From: Octopus bimaculoides | Taxonomy: Eukaryota | Length of the DNA: 64,000 nucleotides | Direction of reading: 5' to 3' | Assembly (NCBI RefSeq): GCF_001194135.2 | Contig: NC_069003.1 | Coordinates: 32,087,181-32,151,180, forward strand | Shown here: piece after piece, positions 13,180 to 26,213 of the stretch | How the letters are laid out: every line of letters starts with the position of its first letter | How positions within the stretch are numbered: the first letter of the stretch is position 1 | Translations under genes and position numbers: made by a program | Notes under the pieces: model-generated | Seen by the model: only the letters and a program-made list of their open reading frames with translations | Database searches by the model: none | Told to the model about the DNA's origin: nothing

Positions 13180-13550
13180 ATCTTTTACTTGTTTCAGTCA
13201 TTAGACTGTGTTCATGCTGGGGCACTGCCTTGAAGAATTTTTAGTTGAATGAATTGCCCCAGAGCTATTTTTTTTCTTAAAGCCTAGTATTTATTCTATC
13301 GGTCTCTTTTCTTGAACCACTAGGTTATTGGTATGTAAACACACCAACACAGGTTGTCAAGCAGTGGTGGGTGACAAACATGGACACACATGCACACATA
13401 TACACACATATATGTTATGGGATTCTTTCAGTTTCCATCTACCAAAATCCACTTGCAAGGCTTTGTTTGTCTCAAGGCTATAATAGAAGACGCTTGCTTA
13501 AGGTACCTACCATACTGGGGCTGAACTTGGAACTATGTGGTTGGGATATT
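13173..13550 (-). mobile_element. Family A CORE-type SINE
   Basis: Tail ctttttatcttttacttgtttcagtca to head-side ctatgtggttggg. Confidence 0.8.
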
Positions 13551-13571
13551 CCTTAACAATAATAGTGTTGA

Positions 13572-13654
13572 CATTGAGTTCGAAGTTTCACTCTGCTTAA
13601 CCTTCATCAGACTGTCTGATGTAGCCTAAGCCGGCTGAAACTTTGAAGTCACTG
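13572..13654. ncRNA. Head-to-head pair of decayed minimal hammerhead-ribozyme motifs (Penelope-type)
   Basis: Plus: CTGATGt-AGCC-taagcc-GGCT-GAAAC-tttgaa-GTC-actg; minus: cagt-CTGATGA-aggttaagcagagt-GAAAC-ttcgaa-cTC; the two arms match at 29 of 37 nt. Confidence 0.6.
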
Positions 13655-13894
13655 CCAATACTATTCCTGTTAAATAATATTAAATCTACTCTATAAAAAG
13701 TATTGAGTACTCCTCCAGCTTGATGTAAAAATTGTTTTATTATAACTTGGTATACAAACATATGTCTGTATATGTATACATGGGTAGGTGTGCAAAGCAG
13801 TGGTGGAAAATAAATTAATTTTAGATGGAATATGTTTAGGACATATTTGAACCTCTAAACGCTTTGCGCTGCAGTTGTACTGTGGAGATAAATT

Positions 13895-14140
13895 CTCACT
13901 TTAGACAAAAAGGTGTCGGAATACATAGAAACTTTCTGAACTTCACCCAGCCCGTTCTTAGCCGAGCAACTACACCTTCAGAACTCCCTCCCCCACTGCT
14001 AACTTGGTCTCCCAGGTAACAGAAGCTATCTACTATTTCTAATGATCCATCCGACCATTTGAGGGAGCCTGTTGTCTGCATATTTTTAGTGCTCATTGTA
14101 CATGCACATTTACCTCACACAAAGATTATATTCTTCATTA
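13895..14140 (-). mobile_element. RTE-type LINE reverse-transcriptase fragment
   Basis: LEIVDSFCYLGDQVSSGGGSSEGVVARLRTGWVKFR (YLG thumb region); same family as 36900-37060. Confidence 0.8.
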
Positions 14141-15159
14141 ACCTTCCTTTGATACTGCTGCACCTTTTATGTGTCCAAAGCTTGTACTGGGTACAATGTT
14201 TGGAGTTTCTGCCAACACCCTCCTTACATACTGAGCAGGGCCATTTCTCAGAAGGGATTTGTGATTTGTCTGTTTTCCTTCTTACTAGGACTTTGGTGAA
14301 TGCAAAACCCTAATAACTAGGTCATGGACCTTTATGCTCTTCATGATGATAAGGTGTATAATTAAAAGATTTGGCTGATATTTTTTGCAGGTCAAGTGAT
14401 TGTATAGAGGTTGCTTCGTTTGTTCATAGATAATGATGTTACATACAATAGTAGTTTTCACTAATACATCTTTTTTTTTTTTGTTTGTTGTTTCTTTTAA
14501 ATAAATGTTCCTGTTGATTTGGCATAAAAAAGCAGAACCCATCCTATCTCTTGAAAAATCTTTAATGAGTTACAACACTGCCAAATAGCTTTGATCTATT
14601 TTTTTTTGGAGAGAAAGCAAATAACTGCTGCAATCACCAAAGTGAATCATGACTATATTTTTAAGAGGAGTTATTGCAGGAGCAGTTCGGTTTTTCCGGA
14701 CTATTAACCTCATTTTTTTTGCATGTTTCTATTTGTATACTTTTTTTTTTTTCTACATGACCGCATGACAAAGATGCAAGCATTATCTATTATCATTAAA
14801 TCTCTTTTGCTCTGTTATATCACAAAGCATGTTAAATTTCCATGTATTTAATATTTAAAATGAGGTAAAACAAAAAATAAATCATGCATGCATGCATATG
14901 TTATTTTGAATCAATTCTACGGAGAATAGAAAGTTCCAAAATTCAAGTGCTTACATTGTTTGTATCGTTGCGCTCATCAAGTGAAGTTCTGATCAAAAGC
15001 AACTCAGCCATGACCATCCCATCATTTTATTTAGTCATAGTATACCCAGGACTATATTTTTGCATGATTTGGCTGAATGCCCTTTCTAATGCCAACCAAT
15101 TTATAAACTGGACTCCTGAAGCACCACAAATTAGAAAAACCATTAATCTTTGTTGTGAA

Positions 15160-15830
15160 TAATAATAATAATCCTTTCTACTAGAGGCACAAGGCCTGAA
15201 ATTTTGGGGAAGGGGAATAGTCAATTACATTGACCCCAGTGTTTCTCTGGTGCTTAATTTATTGACCCTGAAAGGATGAAAGGCAAAGTTGATTTTGTGG
15301 GCATTTGAACTCAGAATGTAAAGATGGACGAAATGCTGCTAAGCATTTTGTCCAGCATGCTAACAGTTCTGCCAGCTCACCACCTTATTAATCATAATAA
15401 TTATGGTTTCATATTTTTTGGTGGGTGGGAGAAGTAGGTAAGTCCATTATATCAGCCCTAGTGTTCAAAAGGATGAAAGGCAAATTTGATCTCTGTGAAA
15501 TTTGAACTCAGAATGTAAAGAGCTGGAAAAGGTACCACTAAGCATTTTGTCCAACTCACTAATGATTCAGCCAGCTCACCACCTTGAAAATTATTCTTTC
15601 TATTATAGGCTATTCTTGGCAAATGGCCTAAAATTTTAGGGGTGGGGAGGCTAATCGATTACATCAACCCCCAATGTTTGATTGGAACTTACCTTATTAA
15701 CCCTGAAAGAATAAAAGGCAAAATCGACCTGAATAGTATTTGAACTTAGAATGTCAAGAGCTGGAAGAAATAACTGCTAAGCATTTTTGCCAACATGCTA
15801 ACGATTCTGTCAGCTTGAATAATGATAATA
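15160..15830 (-). mobile_element. Three head-to-tail copies of tRNA-headed SINE family B
   Basis: Each copy: head ggtggtgagctggcagaa..gagttcaaat, core ttgcctttcatcctttcagggtc (resembles the MetaSINE/MESC-type domain as I recall it), tail gaaaggattattatt. Confidence 0.82.
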
Positions 15831-16369
15831 TCAAATTTAAAAAGGTAAAAAATATACTGAAATTGCATGTTTATCAAATTGATGAAACTGTATAAATGGC
15901 TAGCTTCGTTAGTTCTTGTGCACTTAGGATAAATTAAGATTTTATGCAAAAGATTAAAAGAGGTGGTCTTTAGCATTTGAAAGTTGAGCTTTGTATTGAA
16001 GTATTAAAATTCTTCAAACTCAATGAATTCAGAACAAGAATTTAATGAGTGTTTAACAAATAATTCATGGCTTATGAGATTGGCATTTCTTGCTGCAATG
16101 TTATCTAAATTATATGAAGTTAATCTTTTATTACAAAGAAACAGTATTATGGCTTTTTTATAACAATGCATAAAATTTCAGCATTAAAAATGAAATTTGA
16201 ATTTTGGTTTTCAATAAAAAAGTGATTGCTTCCTCCTTTTGATTACATTCTTACTTCCTTTGGGTTTCACTGTCAAATATGCAATGAAGTCCAGCAAGAA
16301 GTTAGTGGTGCTCTTTTCGATGCTTGAATCAATTGCACTCACCTTTATTGGAATATTTTCCTACAGACC

Positions 16370-16870
16370 CATTGCCATTTAACTTCCATTTTCCATGCTG
16401 GCATGGGTTGGACAGTTTGACAGGAGCTGGTGAGCAAGAGGACTGTGCCAAGCTTTACTGTTTGCTTTAGCATGGTTTCTATGACTGGATGCTCTTCCTA
16501 ATACCAACCATTTTTTGGTGCTTTTTATATGTGGCCCCAGCACCAGTGAATTCACCAAGTAATTTTGCCAGATGACAATCCCTACCTCAACTGATAGTGG
16601 GAGCAGTATTAAGGGGGGTAGCTTTGTGTCAGGTGATGAGAAGTTAAAGTTTGATAGAGATACAGATGCAGGTTGTTTTGCTGTAGAGGAGATACATGGC
16701 TACCCCAGTTAAAGAGAGAGAGAGAAGATGGTGGTGAGGTTACAGGGAGGTGAATATAAGTGGTACAAAGGATTAGACAGAGTGAGTGGGCAGGCAAGTT
16801 CATAAGAATGTGAAGAGAGGGTGGGAGACTGGGGGAGTGGGTGGAATGCAATTAGTGAGGAGATGAGGAA
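16370..16870 (-). mobile_element. Family C retroposon (3' end ...catgccagcatggaaaatgga.gttaaa) with long 5' extension
   Basis: 3' end shared with 30893, 34765, 38010, 41132, 52497 and 60895; 16600-16710 matches the reverse complement of 54470-54580. Confidence 0.7.
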
Positions 16871-17323
16871 AAACTAATAGTAAAATCATCATGCCAATGA
16901 AGGTGATGCTTTTTGTCGGCACTCAATCTGCTAGACATAGCAGCTAAAGCTCTTCCAAATCACACCTCAAATAAGAAGTATACATTGGATTGTGTAGTTA
17001 CTAATATAGTAAAAAATAGGCGTGGCTGAATTGGATAGGAAATATGCTACTCAGTCATGAAGTTCCAGTTTGATCCTACTGGGTGGAATTTTGGGGAATG
17101 TCTTTATCATAGCCTCAAGTTTGAGAGTGAAACTGGGTAAATGGAAACTCTGAGGAAGCCCATCAAATGGAATTGTATGTGTAATTCATAGGTCCAGCCT
17201 TGTCACATTGTGTCACAAGGATTTGATTTAGAAATGCCACTTATATATTAATTTAATGAGTTTGACTTTCAGTCGGTGACACGACTGAATACTCTGTTGA
17301 AACTGATAAAGGATCTTTTAAGA

Positions 17324-17596
17324 CAGGGGTTTTCAAACTTTTTGACTTGCGGACCCCTTTATATTTCAGGCTTTACCTTAGGGACCCCCTTATAAACGCT
17401 TATGAAATTTATACATAAATATTTGCTTAAAATAACATATTTTTACATTTGTTTATTTAACAGTATTTAACAAATAGGTTTATTGTCAATTAAAAGATTT
17501 CGATTAAAAAACATATATAAAATCAAATTGCCCATAAAAAGTATTTGCTGTCCACGGACCCCCTGTCTTGTCCGGACCACGGTTTGAAAACCTCTG
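17324..17596. mobile_element. hAT (Charlie-like) MITE, 273 bp, intact ends
   Basis: TIR CAGGGGTTTTCAAAC / GTTTGAAAACCTCTG (14 of 15 match) and perfect 8-bp TSD TTTTAAGA at 17316-17323 and 17597-17604. Confidence 0.93.
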
Positions 17597-18969
17597 TTTT
17601 AAGAAATAGGATGATCAGTTTAAAGAGGTGCTCACTTAGGACTAAACCACAACATATCCAATGAGCCAGTTTTTGAGCTTATACACCAGTGGTTCACAGT
17701 CTATGGGTTTCCTGTTCAAACTGGATTCTGGGATAAATCTGAATGGTTTACAAAAACAAAAAATCCTTTACTTCTGAAGTATTTGATAACATGTTACATT
17801 ACAAGCATTTACTGCAAACAATAGGCAGAAATATTTCCAGTTGACACTGGAGCAATATAGCCTTGCAGCTTGCCAGACCCTGTCAAACAGTTCATGGATA
17901 ATGCCAGAATGGAAAACAGATGTTACATGTTGATGATGATTTCCCTGAGTGTTAAGTATTGCCCCGTCAGAATATGTATTTTTGGAAAATTGTTAATGTC
18001 GCTGTTTAACCACAGGCCAACTCTGTGGGAGAAGACTTATGGTAAAAAAAAAAAAGAAAAAAATGTTCCAACTGTGCTCACCTCATGTTATTTACCTGTA
18101 GGTCTTCCTTGATTGAGCAAACCTATAGTCACTGGCATTCTAACCAGAACCATTCCATATTTAGCAGCATCTAAGAAAACACTGTATCTTTTTCTTTTTT
18201 AAGACTGCATGGTGTGGTTTGAGGAAGATCTGATTACTAGTTCTAGTAGGTGAGGGAACCATGTAGAAGTCCTGTCTTGCTTATCAGGAATAGTTTATCT
18301 AGGACTGCATTAATTAATGTACTCTTCCCTTTTTTTTTTTTTTTTTTTTTCAGACTGTAGAGGTGATTTTAGGGAGATTTAACTTCTATTTCTAGTAATT
18401 TAAACTCTCTTGTAGACATTTCCTTATTGGCTCATTTCAAACATCGTTATTTAGGTATGTGTAAATTAAGTGCAGTTTCCTATTACTAGCTAGTAACTTT
18501 ACTAGTTTTCTATTATTAGCTAATAACTTCATTTTGAGTTGTTCATCTTTAAACAATCTTTTTTTTGTTTTTCTTTTTTCTTCCTTTTTCGAACTAGTGT
18601 TCATAACAGAATTTGCTTGCTTGATGTTCGGAAGAAGTGTTTTGATCTTATTGTATGATGTAACTTTTATTTATTAGTAGTTAGAATTCCTTTAAGGAAT
18701 TGCAATTTATCTATCACACGAACACACACGCTTTCACACTTCTTTCCTTTCTCTGTCTCTTGCAATTGAATCTGATACTCCATTGTTTGATCTTGCTGTG
18801 TTGTGAGACTATTAAAAAGTATGTTTCTCTCTAAGCTGTCAATTAATTTATAAATATGAGTGTGCACTTTGAACAAACCAAGTAAATAATCTAAATTGCA
18901 TTTTTGTTATAGACTTATTTCAGAAGATAAAATAGTATTTTGTCTTTAGATAACTTTGGTGCTTAATAT

Positions 18970-19045
<76 letters not shown>
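18970..19045. repeat. (TA)(TG)n(TA)n compound microsatellite
   Basis: Direct reading. Confidence 0.95.
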
Positions 19046-20460
19046 GTGTGTATAAGCATGTGTGTGTAAAATAAATTTATTGCTTCACAACATCTTTTAA
19101 CTTAGATTTCCAGTTGATTATAATCTAACTCAATGTAAAGTGTACTTTCTTATTTCCTAAAAATCAATGTTTTAGAGATAAGTAAAGTTATTCTGAAGGA
19201 TGTATCAAAGAGAATTGGTAGAATCTGCGGAAATTAGTGATGGTCTGTGTCTGAATAGAGTGAATACAAACAACTTACAAACTGAGAATAAACTGGTTTT
19301 CCACAAAGAAGATGAAAGGTCTGATGTATCATGCAGGGCCCCACAAAGAAAAATGAATGTTAGCTTGCCATGAGAGAGCTGAGGTCTGACATTTCAGCTA
19401 AGTTAAGTCCCTTCGTTAGAGCAGAGTTTGTATAAGCACTATTCTTTACCTCACAGCTTACTAATTTCACTTTTTGAACTTTTTGTAAAATAATGATCTT
19501 TGGCACAAACCTAAATTGGAACCAAGATCTCAATTTAATGTTTGCTCTGAAAAAACTTTGATAAATACTAAATTTATAGATAGAGCCAATGAGGGAGCTT
19601 CTATATCAAGGGTGTAAAATTTGTTTGGTTTTGCTTGCTGGACTGAACCTTTATACATTTAAACCTTTTTACAATTAAACTGGCCATATCTGGCCAGTTT
19701 AGCTGTAAATCGTTTAGTTATTCTATGTGTTTTATGTTCAAACTAGCTAGTTCCAGTCTCTCACACCTACCTTATAATGTCATTCTAAAAATAAGCAATC
19801 ACATCATTGAAATCTTGAAGCTGTGAGATACTACATGATAATTCAAAACAATATGACTAAATAAGCATTACACTTGACAGAGAAATTTGAAGTGTCTTCT
19901 GCTATAAGCTCCAAGTGGACCAAAACTCTATGATTGGATTTGGTAGCTGGAAAATGAAAGAAGCTTGTTGTGTGTCTGTGTATACATGTATGTGTCTGTG
20001 TTGTATTTGTCCCCCATTACTGCTTAACAATCAATGTTGGTTTGTTTACATCCCCATAACTTTGGTGAAAGAAACTAACAGAATAAGGATTAGACAAAAA
20101 AAAAGGGTGTTTGAATTGTTTAACTAAACCCTTCAAGATGGTGCTCCAGCATGGCCACAGTACAATGACAGCAGCTAGTGAAAAGAAGAAAAAAAGACCC
20201 CCCCCCCTCCAATTATGTTGTTAGAAATCTTGTTCTTTAAATTACAAATATATAAATTACATATTGAAACCAATTAGTTCGATATTTTTGGTGGCCAAGC
20301 TGTTTGCTTAAAGCACATTTATCGAATACTTGAGAAATGTTGAAAACATTTATATAAATAAGTCAACTAGTGTCTTACATTATATAAACATACTTTCATT
20401 GAGCAAATGGTTTTTGTTTTTGCACTTTTTAATTGGTTATATTTATCTGGGGAATATGTA

Positions 20461-20500
<40 letters not shown>

Positions 20501-21115
20501 TTTTTTAATATTAAATTTTCTCTATTTGGTAAATCAAATTATCCTTTTCTCTCTCGATATGCTAAAGATATAATGACAGTTATATAAATGTTAGGAAATA
20601 AATGTTTGTCTCTGAATTTTAGTCTTACCAATCTGAAGTAATTGATTTCCAATTTCTTTCACCAAAATCAAAAACATATTTACATGTTGAGGTTATTGAA
20701 CATTTAAACACTTTTGCAGTATTGGCTGCCTAAAATAACACTTTCACATTCAATCTCTCTCTCCCTCTCTTAGCACCACTTCAAACTTACAAGTCAGCTC
20801 TACATGGTCGCTTGACCTATTAGAAATAGCTGCCAAATTTCCCTCAAACTACACCTTATCTTCTTACACAAACAAACTGAAAGAGATGTATAATTCGATC
20901 CTAGATAACTTCAACCTTTTAGCATTCAGATTACTCTGTCAGATGTAATGCTTAATTATTCACATTGTTTTGGATTGACATGGGGCAGTAAAATCATAAA
21001 CACACCAACATACTTATGGTAATAAGCATGTATGTGAACACACACTTTCACATACATGCTTACTCACACATTCACAAACAAATCCATACTCATATTTACT
21101 CATGATGAAAATGAT

Positions 21116-21377
21116 GGATCCTCTGTCAGTCTCAACAACCGGCATTCAGTTGTTCATTAAATTAATGTATAAATGGCTGAGAGCTGGCAAAAATGAGTTG
21201 TACCTGTAATTCAATGAGTCAGCCTTGTCGCATTCTGTGTCATGTTGAATCCACCTGAGAACTATGTTAAGGGTACATGTGTCTGTGGAGTGCTCAGCCA
21301 CTTGCATGTTAATTTCATGAGCAGGTTGTTCCATGGATTAAATCAACTGGAACACTTATGTTAACTGACAGAGATCC
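21116..21377. mobile_element. Headless family F SINE body with an inverted copy of its own 3' end on the left
   Basis: 21183-21377 matches the body and tail at 50800-50970; 21116-21182 is a reverse-complement version ending ggatcctctgtcagt / actgacagagatcc. Confidence 0.65.
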
Positions 21378-21410
21378 AGGCCACAAATGATTGAATATTC
21401 CATACACATC

Positions 21411-21637
21411 TACCCTTTAGCATTCAGATTACTTTGTCATATGTAATGCTTTTTTATGCACATTGTTTTGAATTAATCATGCATTATCTCATAATTTTGA
21501 GATTTTGATGAAGGCGATTGTTTATTTTTAGAATGACATTGTAGGATAGGTGTGAGAGGCCAAATCTGGCCAGTTTGAACATAAAACAGGTAGAAAATTT
21601 GGGCTGGACATGGCTGATTTAAATGCTAAAGAATTAA
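21411..21637. mobile_element. piggyBac-type MITE family 1
   Basis: taccctttagcattcagattac...aaatgctaaagaattaa. Confidence 0.78.
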
Positions 21638-22519
21638 ATGAATGGTCAAAGCGGGAATCCCTTCTATCACAGGTCTGTTCAACCAGGTTTGATCTGGACC
21701 ACTCACAAGGCTTTGGTTGGCCCAAGGCTGTAGCAGAAGACACTTGCCCAAGGTGTCATGCAATGGGACTGAACTCAGAACCATGTGGTTGGGAAGCAAT
21801 CTTCTTACCACACAGTCATGCCTGCACTTGTAAGGATTTCTCATCAATTTAATCTTTTGAAATTTCAAATGTGTTAAGCTATTAATTAAAAGAGGTGTTG
21901 CTTATTAAACATTAAACTTCAGAAAATGTTATGCATATTAGCAGAAATTCATTTCAATGTGAAAATTTGGTTGTGTGAACCACATTAGCACCTTGAAATA
22001 GTTTGAGAGAGAGAGAGAAAGACATGTAGAATTATATATTGTTATGAGATGACATCAGTAATCTGGGCTTATGAATTTTATGCTTACCGAATTTAATTCC
22101 ATTAGAAAAGGTGATAATTTGGTTAACTGAGATTTAGAAATTTCTCATTGGTCTTTCTTACAGGCAATTACTAAGAATGTAGTGAATCTTCTAAAATAAT
22201 TGGTTCATAATATTAGAAATATAGCTTTGTATCTTAAAAAAAAAAATGGCATGTCATTAAGTGCATGATTTTGAAATTATTTTATTAAATAATCATCTGC
22301 TTCATATAGAGTTGATATTGATTTCTAATATTGGTACAAGGCTTCACAGATTTGAAGGGAAGATATTATCAATTACATCAACTACCATCTTGACTCCACC
22401 CCCCCACCCTTCCACCATTAGAAAGAAAGGTGAACCTGATCAACTCTGGTTGGATTTGAATTTGGAACTGTTTGACATTTTGATCATCACTCTACCGATT
22501 CTGCCAATCTACTGACCTT

Positions 22520-22885
22520 ATTCTTTTATTCTTTTACTTATTTCACTCATTAGACTATGGCCATGTCGGGACACCACTTTGAAGAAATTTAGTTGAATGA
22601 ATCGATCCCAGTACTTTTGTTTTTAAAGCCAGGTACTTCTTCTATCAGTCACTTTTGCCAAACCACTAAGTTACAGGGTTGTAAACAAACCAACATTGGT
22701 TGTCAAGCGATAGTGGGGACAGGCAGGCAGGCACACACATACACGATGGGCTTCTTTCAATTTTCCTCTACCAAATCCACTCACAAGGATTTAGTCAGCC
22801 CAAGGTGCCATGTAGCAGGACTGAACCCAGAACCATGTGGTTGGGAAGCAAAATTTTTTTGCCACATCGCCACTCCTGCACCTAT
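22520..22885 (-). mobile_element. Family A CORE-type SINE
   Basis: Tail, internal CA tract, CORE and head ...gccactcctgcacc. Confidence 0.8.
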
Positions 22886-24246
22886 GTTGTAATTATATTA
22901 GCATATTTTAAAATTGTTGTGTTTTCGGGATAGTCATTTTGTTATCAGTTAATTAGATAATTAGTTAATAAGTGAATAGTTAAAATCCGTTTGTCATTGC
23001 TTGTGACCTTATCATTGGCAGTATGCCCTTCCAACACCTTTACATGATAACATTTTGAATATTTAAATACTACAGTACCAGTTATACCTAAGTACCGCCT
23101 ATTGTAAATGTGGAAGTTTCTTGTATCATGATTAAGAAATAGATTAATAATTAAAATAAGTTTTAAAATTCGTTATTTACTAATAACTCAAATTTGATGG
23201 ATGAATATAGTTGATTAAATTGACTGAAGTACTTAGTTCTTATTTTCTCATTGCTGGAAGGATGAACAGCAAAGTTGACCTTGGTGGGATTTGAACTCAG
23301 AATGTAAAGAAGTCAGAACTAAGTGCTGCAGAGAGCATGTCTCTGACACTCTAATGATTTTGTTCATCAGTGTTTATATATATGAATGTACATTCCATTT
23401 GCAATAGACTGAGTCTGTTAAATGTTTATGAAAATCTATTCACCAATGGAGTTTAGTGTGTCTCTATGAAGGAACTATGTGAAATAATCACATTAATTAA
23501 AAAGTAAAAAAAAATGTGCAGATATTGTTAGAAAGATCCCCTGAAGTGATTTCATTGCAAGATAGCTTAAAGACCAGGATAGTTATCTGAAAGACAGTAG
23601 TGATAATAGAATATGAGATCTAGTGCTTGAAAGTTATTATATTCTCACCTCATGCATGAGTGGTTGGCATCAGGAAGGAAGGAAAGAGCCTAAGATATAA
23701 AATTGAGGCTATATTAATTAATGAAAGGCTGAATATGTTAGAACCAATCTTTAATGATACTTGTAAATCAATACAGTTATTAAATTGACCTGATGTTTAA
23801 AGCATTTCAACTAACTATTACCACATTTAGTTATTCTTAATGAAGATATTAAAAGTAGCAGGATTTGATATCCAGGCTTTATGAGTTAACAAACTGTTTA
23901 TCACTAATGATGTAGTCAAAATAGTACATCAATAAAATGTTTGAACTTAATACTGGATAACATTAATTTATAATATTGGCTTGGCTTTTAAATATTGGTT
24001 AAATTTGTTATATGAATCATGTACAATTATGGCGTATTTGTAATATAACTATATGGGGGAAAACTTTTTGTAAGATATAAAATAATTATGATGTGGTGGT
24101 AATATGCCGTATGGCGAAAACAGGGGAAAACTTTTTATAAGTTGTAGTTGTATAATTAAGTTAATGCAGAGAACATTAAAAAGTTATCGAGAAATTTATA
24201 AAACTCCATGTATACAGACATTTCAAAAGTAAACAGGCACCCTTCA

Positions 24247-24405
24247 TGTGTGTGTGTGTGTGTGTGTATATGTTGATGTAACTATGATGTTTTGGTGATC
24301 TGTGTGTGTGTGTGTATATAGTATGTTGACGTAACCATGATGTTTTGGTGATCTGTGTGTGTGTGTGTGTACATATGTTGATGTAATCATGATGCTTTGG
24401 TGATC
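24247..24405. repeat. Three-unit minisatellite: (TG)n plus a ~35-bp unique unit
   Basis: Units end in atgttga(t/c)gtaa..atgatg(t/c)tttggtgatc at 24300, 24353 and 24405. Confidence 0.92.
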
Positions 24406-24577
24406 TGATGAGCTAGCTGTTTTTATTTGCCTTAATTTGTAAATTAGCAGTTGTATTGTATAATGCTGAGCATACATATTAATACAGACCTGTACACACT
24501 TTTGTTTGCATATTGAAATTAATACTATATGAAGAAGGTTGCGAAACAGCCGTAATCCTATGAAAATCATGTGATTA

Positions 24578-24612
<35 letters not shown>

Positions 24613-26006
24613 CCTCATGCTTCTTGACTTTATGCTTTACATACTTCTTACAGCATCATTTTAACACTTGGATGTTTGAGATTTTCAGTTACATAGTTAC
24701 TTTACATTACACTATTTTGTATTTGATTACAATGTGGACTGAAAGCTGAGTCTGTAAAAGGAGTTTACTGTGATAACTGCACACTTCTCTGAATTCATAC
24801 TACTCATCTCTCTGTTGGTCTATCTATCTACCCATCCATCCATCCATCCATCTCTATTTATATGTATAAAATAAGGTATTTAGTTACTTTTGAGACATCT
24901 ATGTATAATAGGTATTTTTTCACTAAAATCAAAATTTATGTTCACCTGTGTATTGTAAATGGTATTTATTAGACTGCAAAATTTTCCCCCTGCCCACTTT
25001 TATTAAGAAAAACACGAGGTAATAAAGTTTTACTATTTTCTCAACAATTTTCCATTTTATGCAAATTTTTCATGTAAAATGAAATTAAAGACAGATATAT
25101 TGGATTTCAGTAGATTATCCACTTTTGCTGCAGTTGTGCAACACTGCATGCTATACATAATATTATATGCTTTTAAAGACGATTTAGTCTTCAAACTTTA
25201 GATGTGCCTTGTGCATCATAGCATATAATACTAAGACAGTTATGGTATGTGGTAACTGCTAATTTTGTGTTAATTTATTTCATGCAGGGCACATTAAAAA
25301 GCTATCTAGAGATAATTATGTTTTGGGAGAAGAAAAAAAGACAATATTAGGTCAATGAATGACTAATATTTTGATAATTTCAGCAGGCATAGATGACATC
25401 TGCACTAAGATACAAACACTCCTTTGTCATTCTGGGTCAGCAATCTAGTGACCCAGTGATTAGCCATTAGAAACCGGTAACTGATTGCAGCCAATCAAAC
25501 CTCATAGTCTTAAACTATAAAATGAGTTGAATAAAAGAGAACCAATCTTTTTTACAGAATACCCACGTTCTTGAAGACAATTTCTTAAAACATTTTAGCC
25601 TGATATATATTTAATCTAGCTTTACTTACTGTACATGTTAATTTTATTGTTTGTAGTTGTTTAACCTTTAATGGACCCTAATTGAGCAGATCCACAATCA
25701 GAAGCATTTTATCTATGCCCAACCTATCTTTTTGAGAGGGTTTTTTGAATACTATTACATTATTTAATGTCTCTATTTCATATTTTTTTTTTTTTAGTAA
25801 GGTCATAGTTTGAGAGATTTTTGGCTTCTATTTCCAGCAGATTAAGTGAACATGTAAGGGTTCTCTCATTAGTTTGTGTTTGTTGTGTACCCTGGGCCAC
25901 TTGTTGCATATGGATAGTTGGTTGAATCTTCACCAGGTGCATCTAGTGCAGGAACAGTCAACTGGAATGTAATACACTGGATATGTTGCAAATTCTTAAC
26001 AGAACA

Positions 26007-26213
26007 TTAACTCATTAACATATATACTGGCCACATCTGGTTCAAATATTCTGTCTTTTTTATGTTCAAAATGGCTTGAGCCAGCTTTTCATACCTACCC
26101 TACAATGTCATCATCAAAATCTTGATGCTAAGAGATAATGCTTGATTAATTCAAAAGATTGTGAATAAATAAGCATTACATTTGAAAGAGTAATCTGAAT
26201 ACTAAATGGTTAA
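26007..26213. mobile_element. piggyBac-type MITE family 1, reverse orientation
   Basis: ttaactcattaacat...aatactaaatggttaa. Confidence 0.72.

Noticed and set aside
24247-24405. CRISPR-like repeat/spacer periodicity
   Set aside because: The 'spacers' are (TG)n, there are only three units, the context is eukaryotic and no cas genes are present
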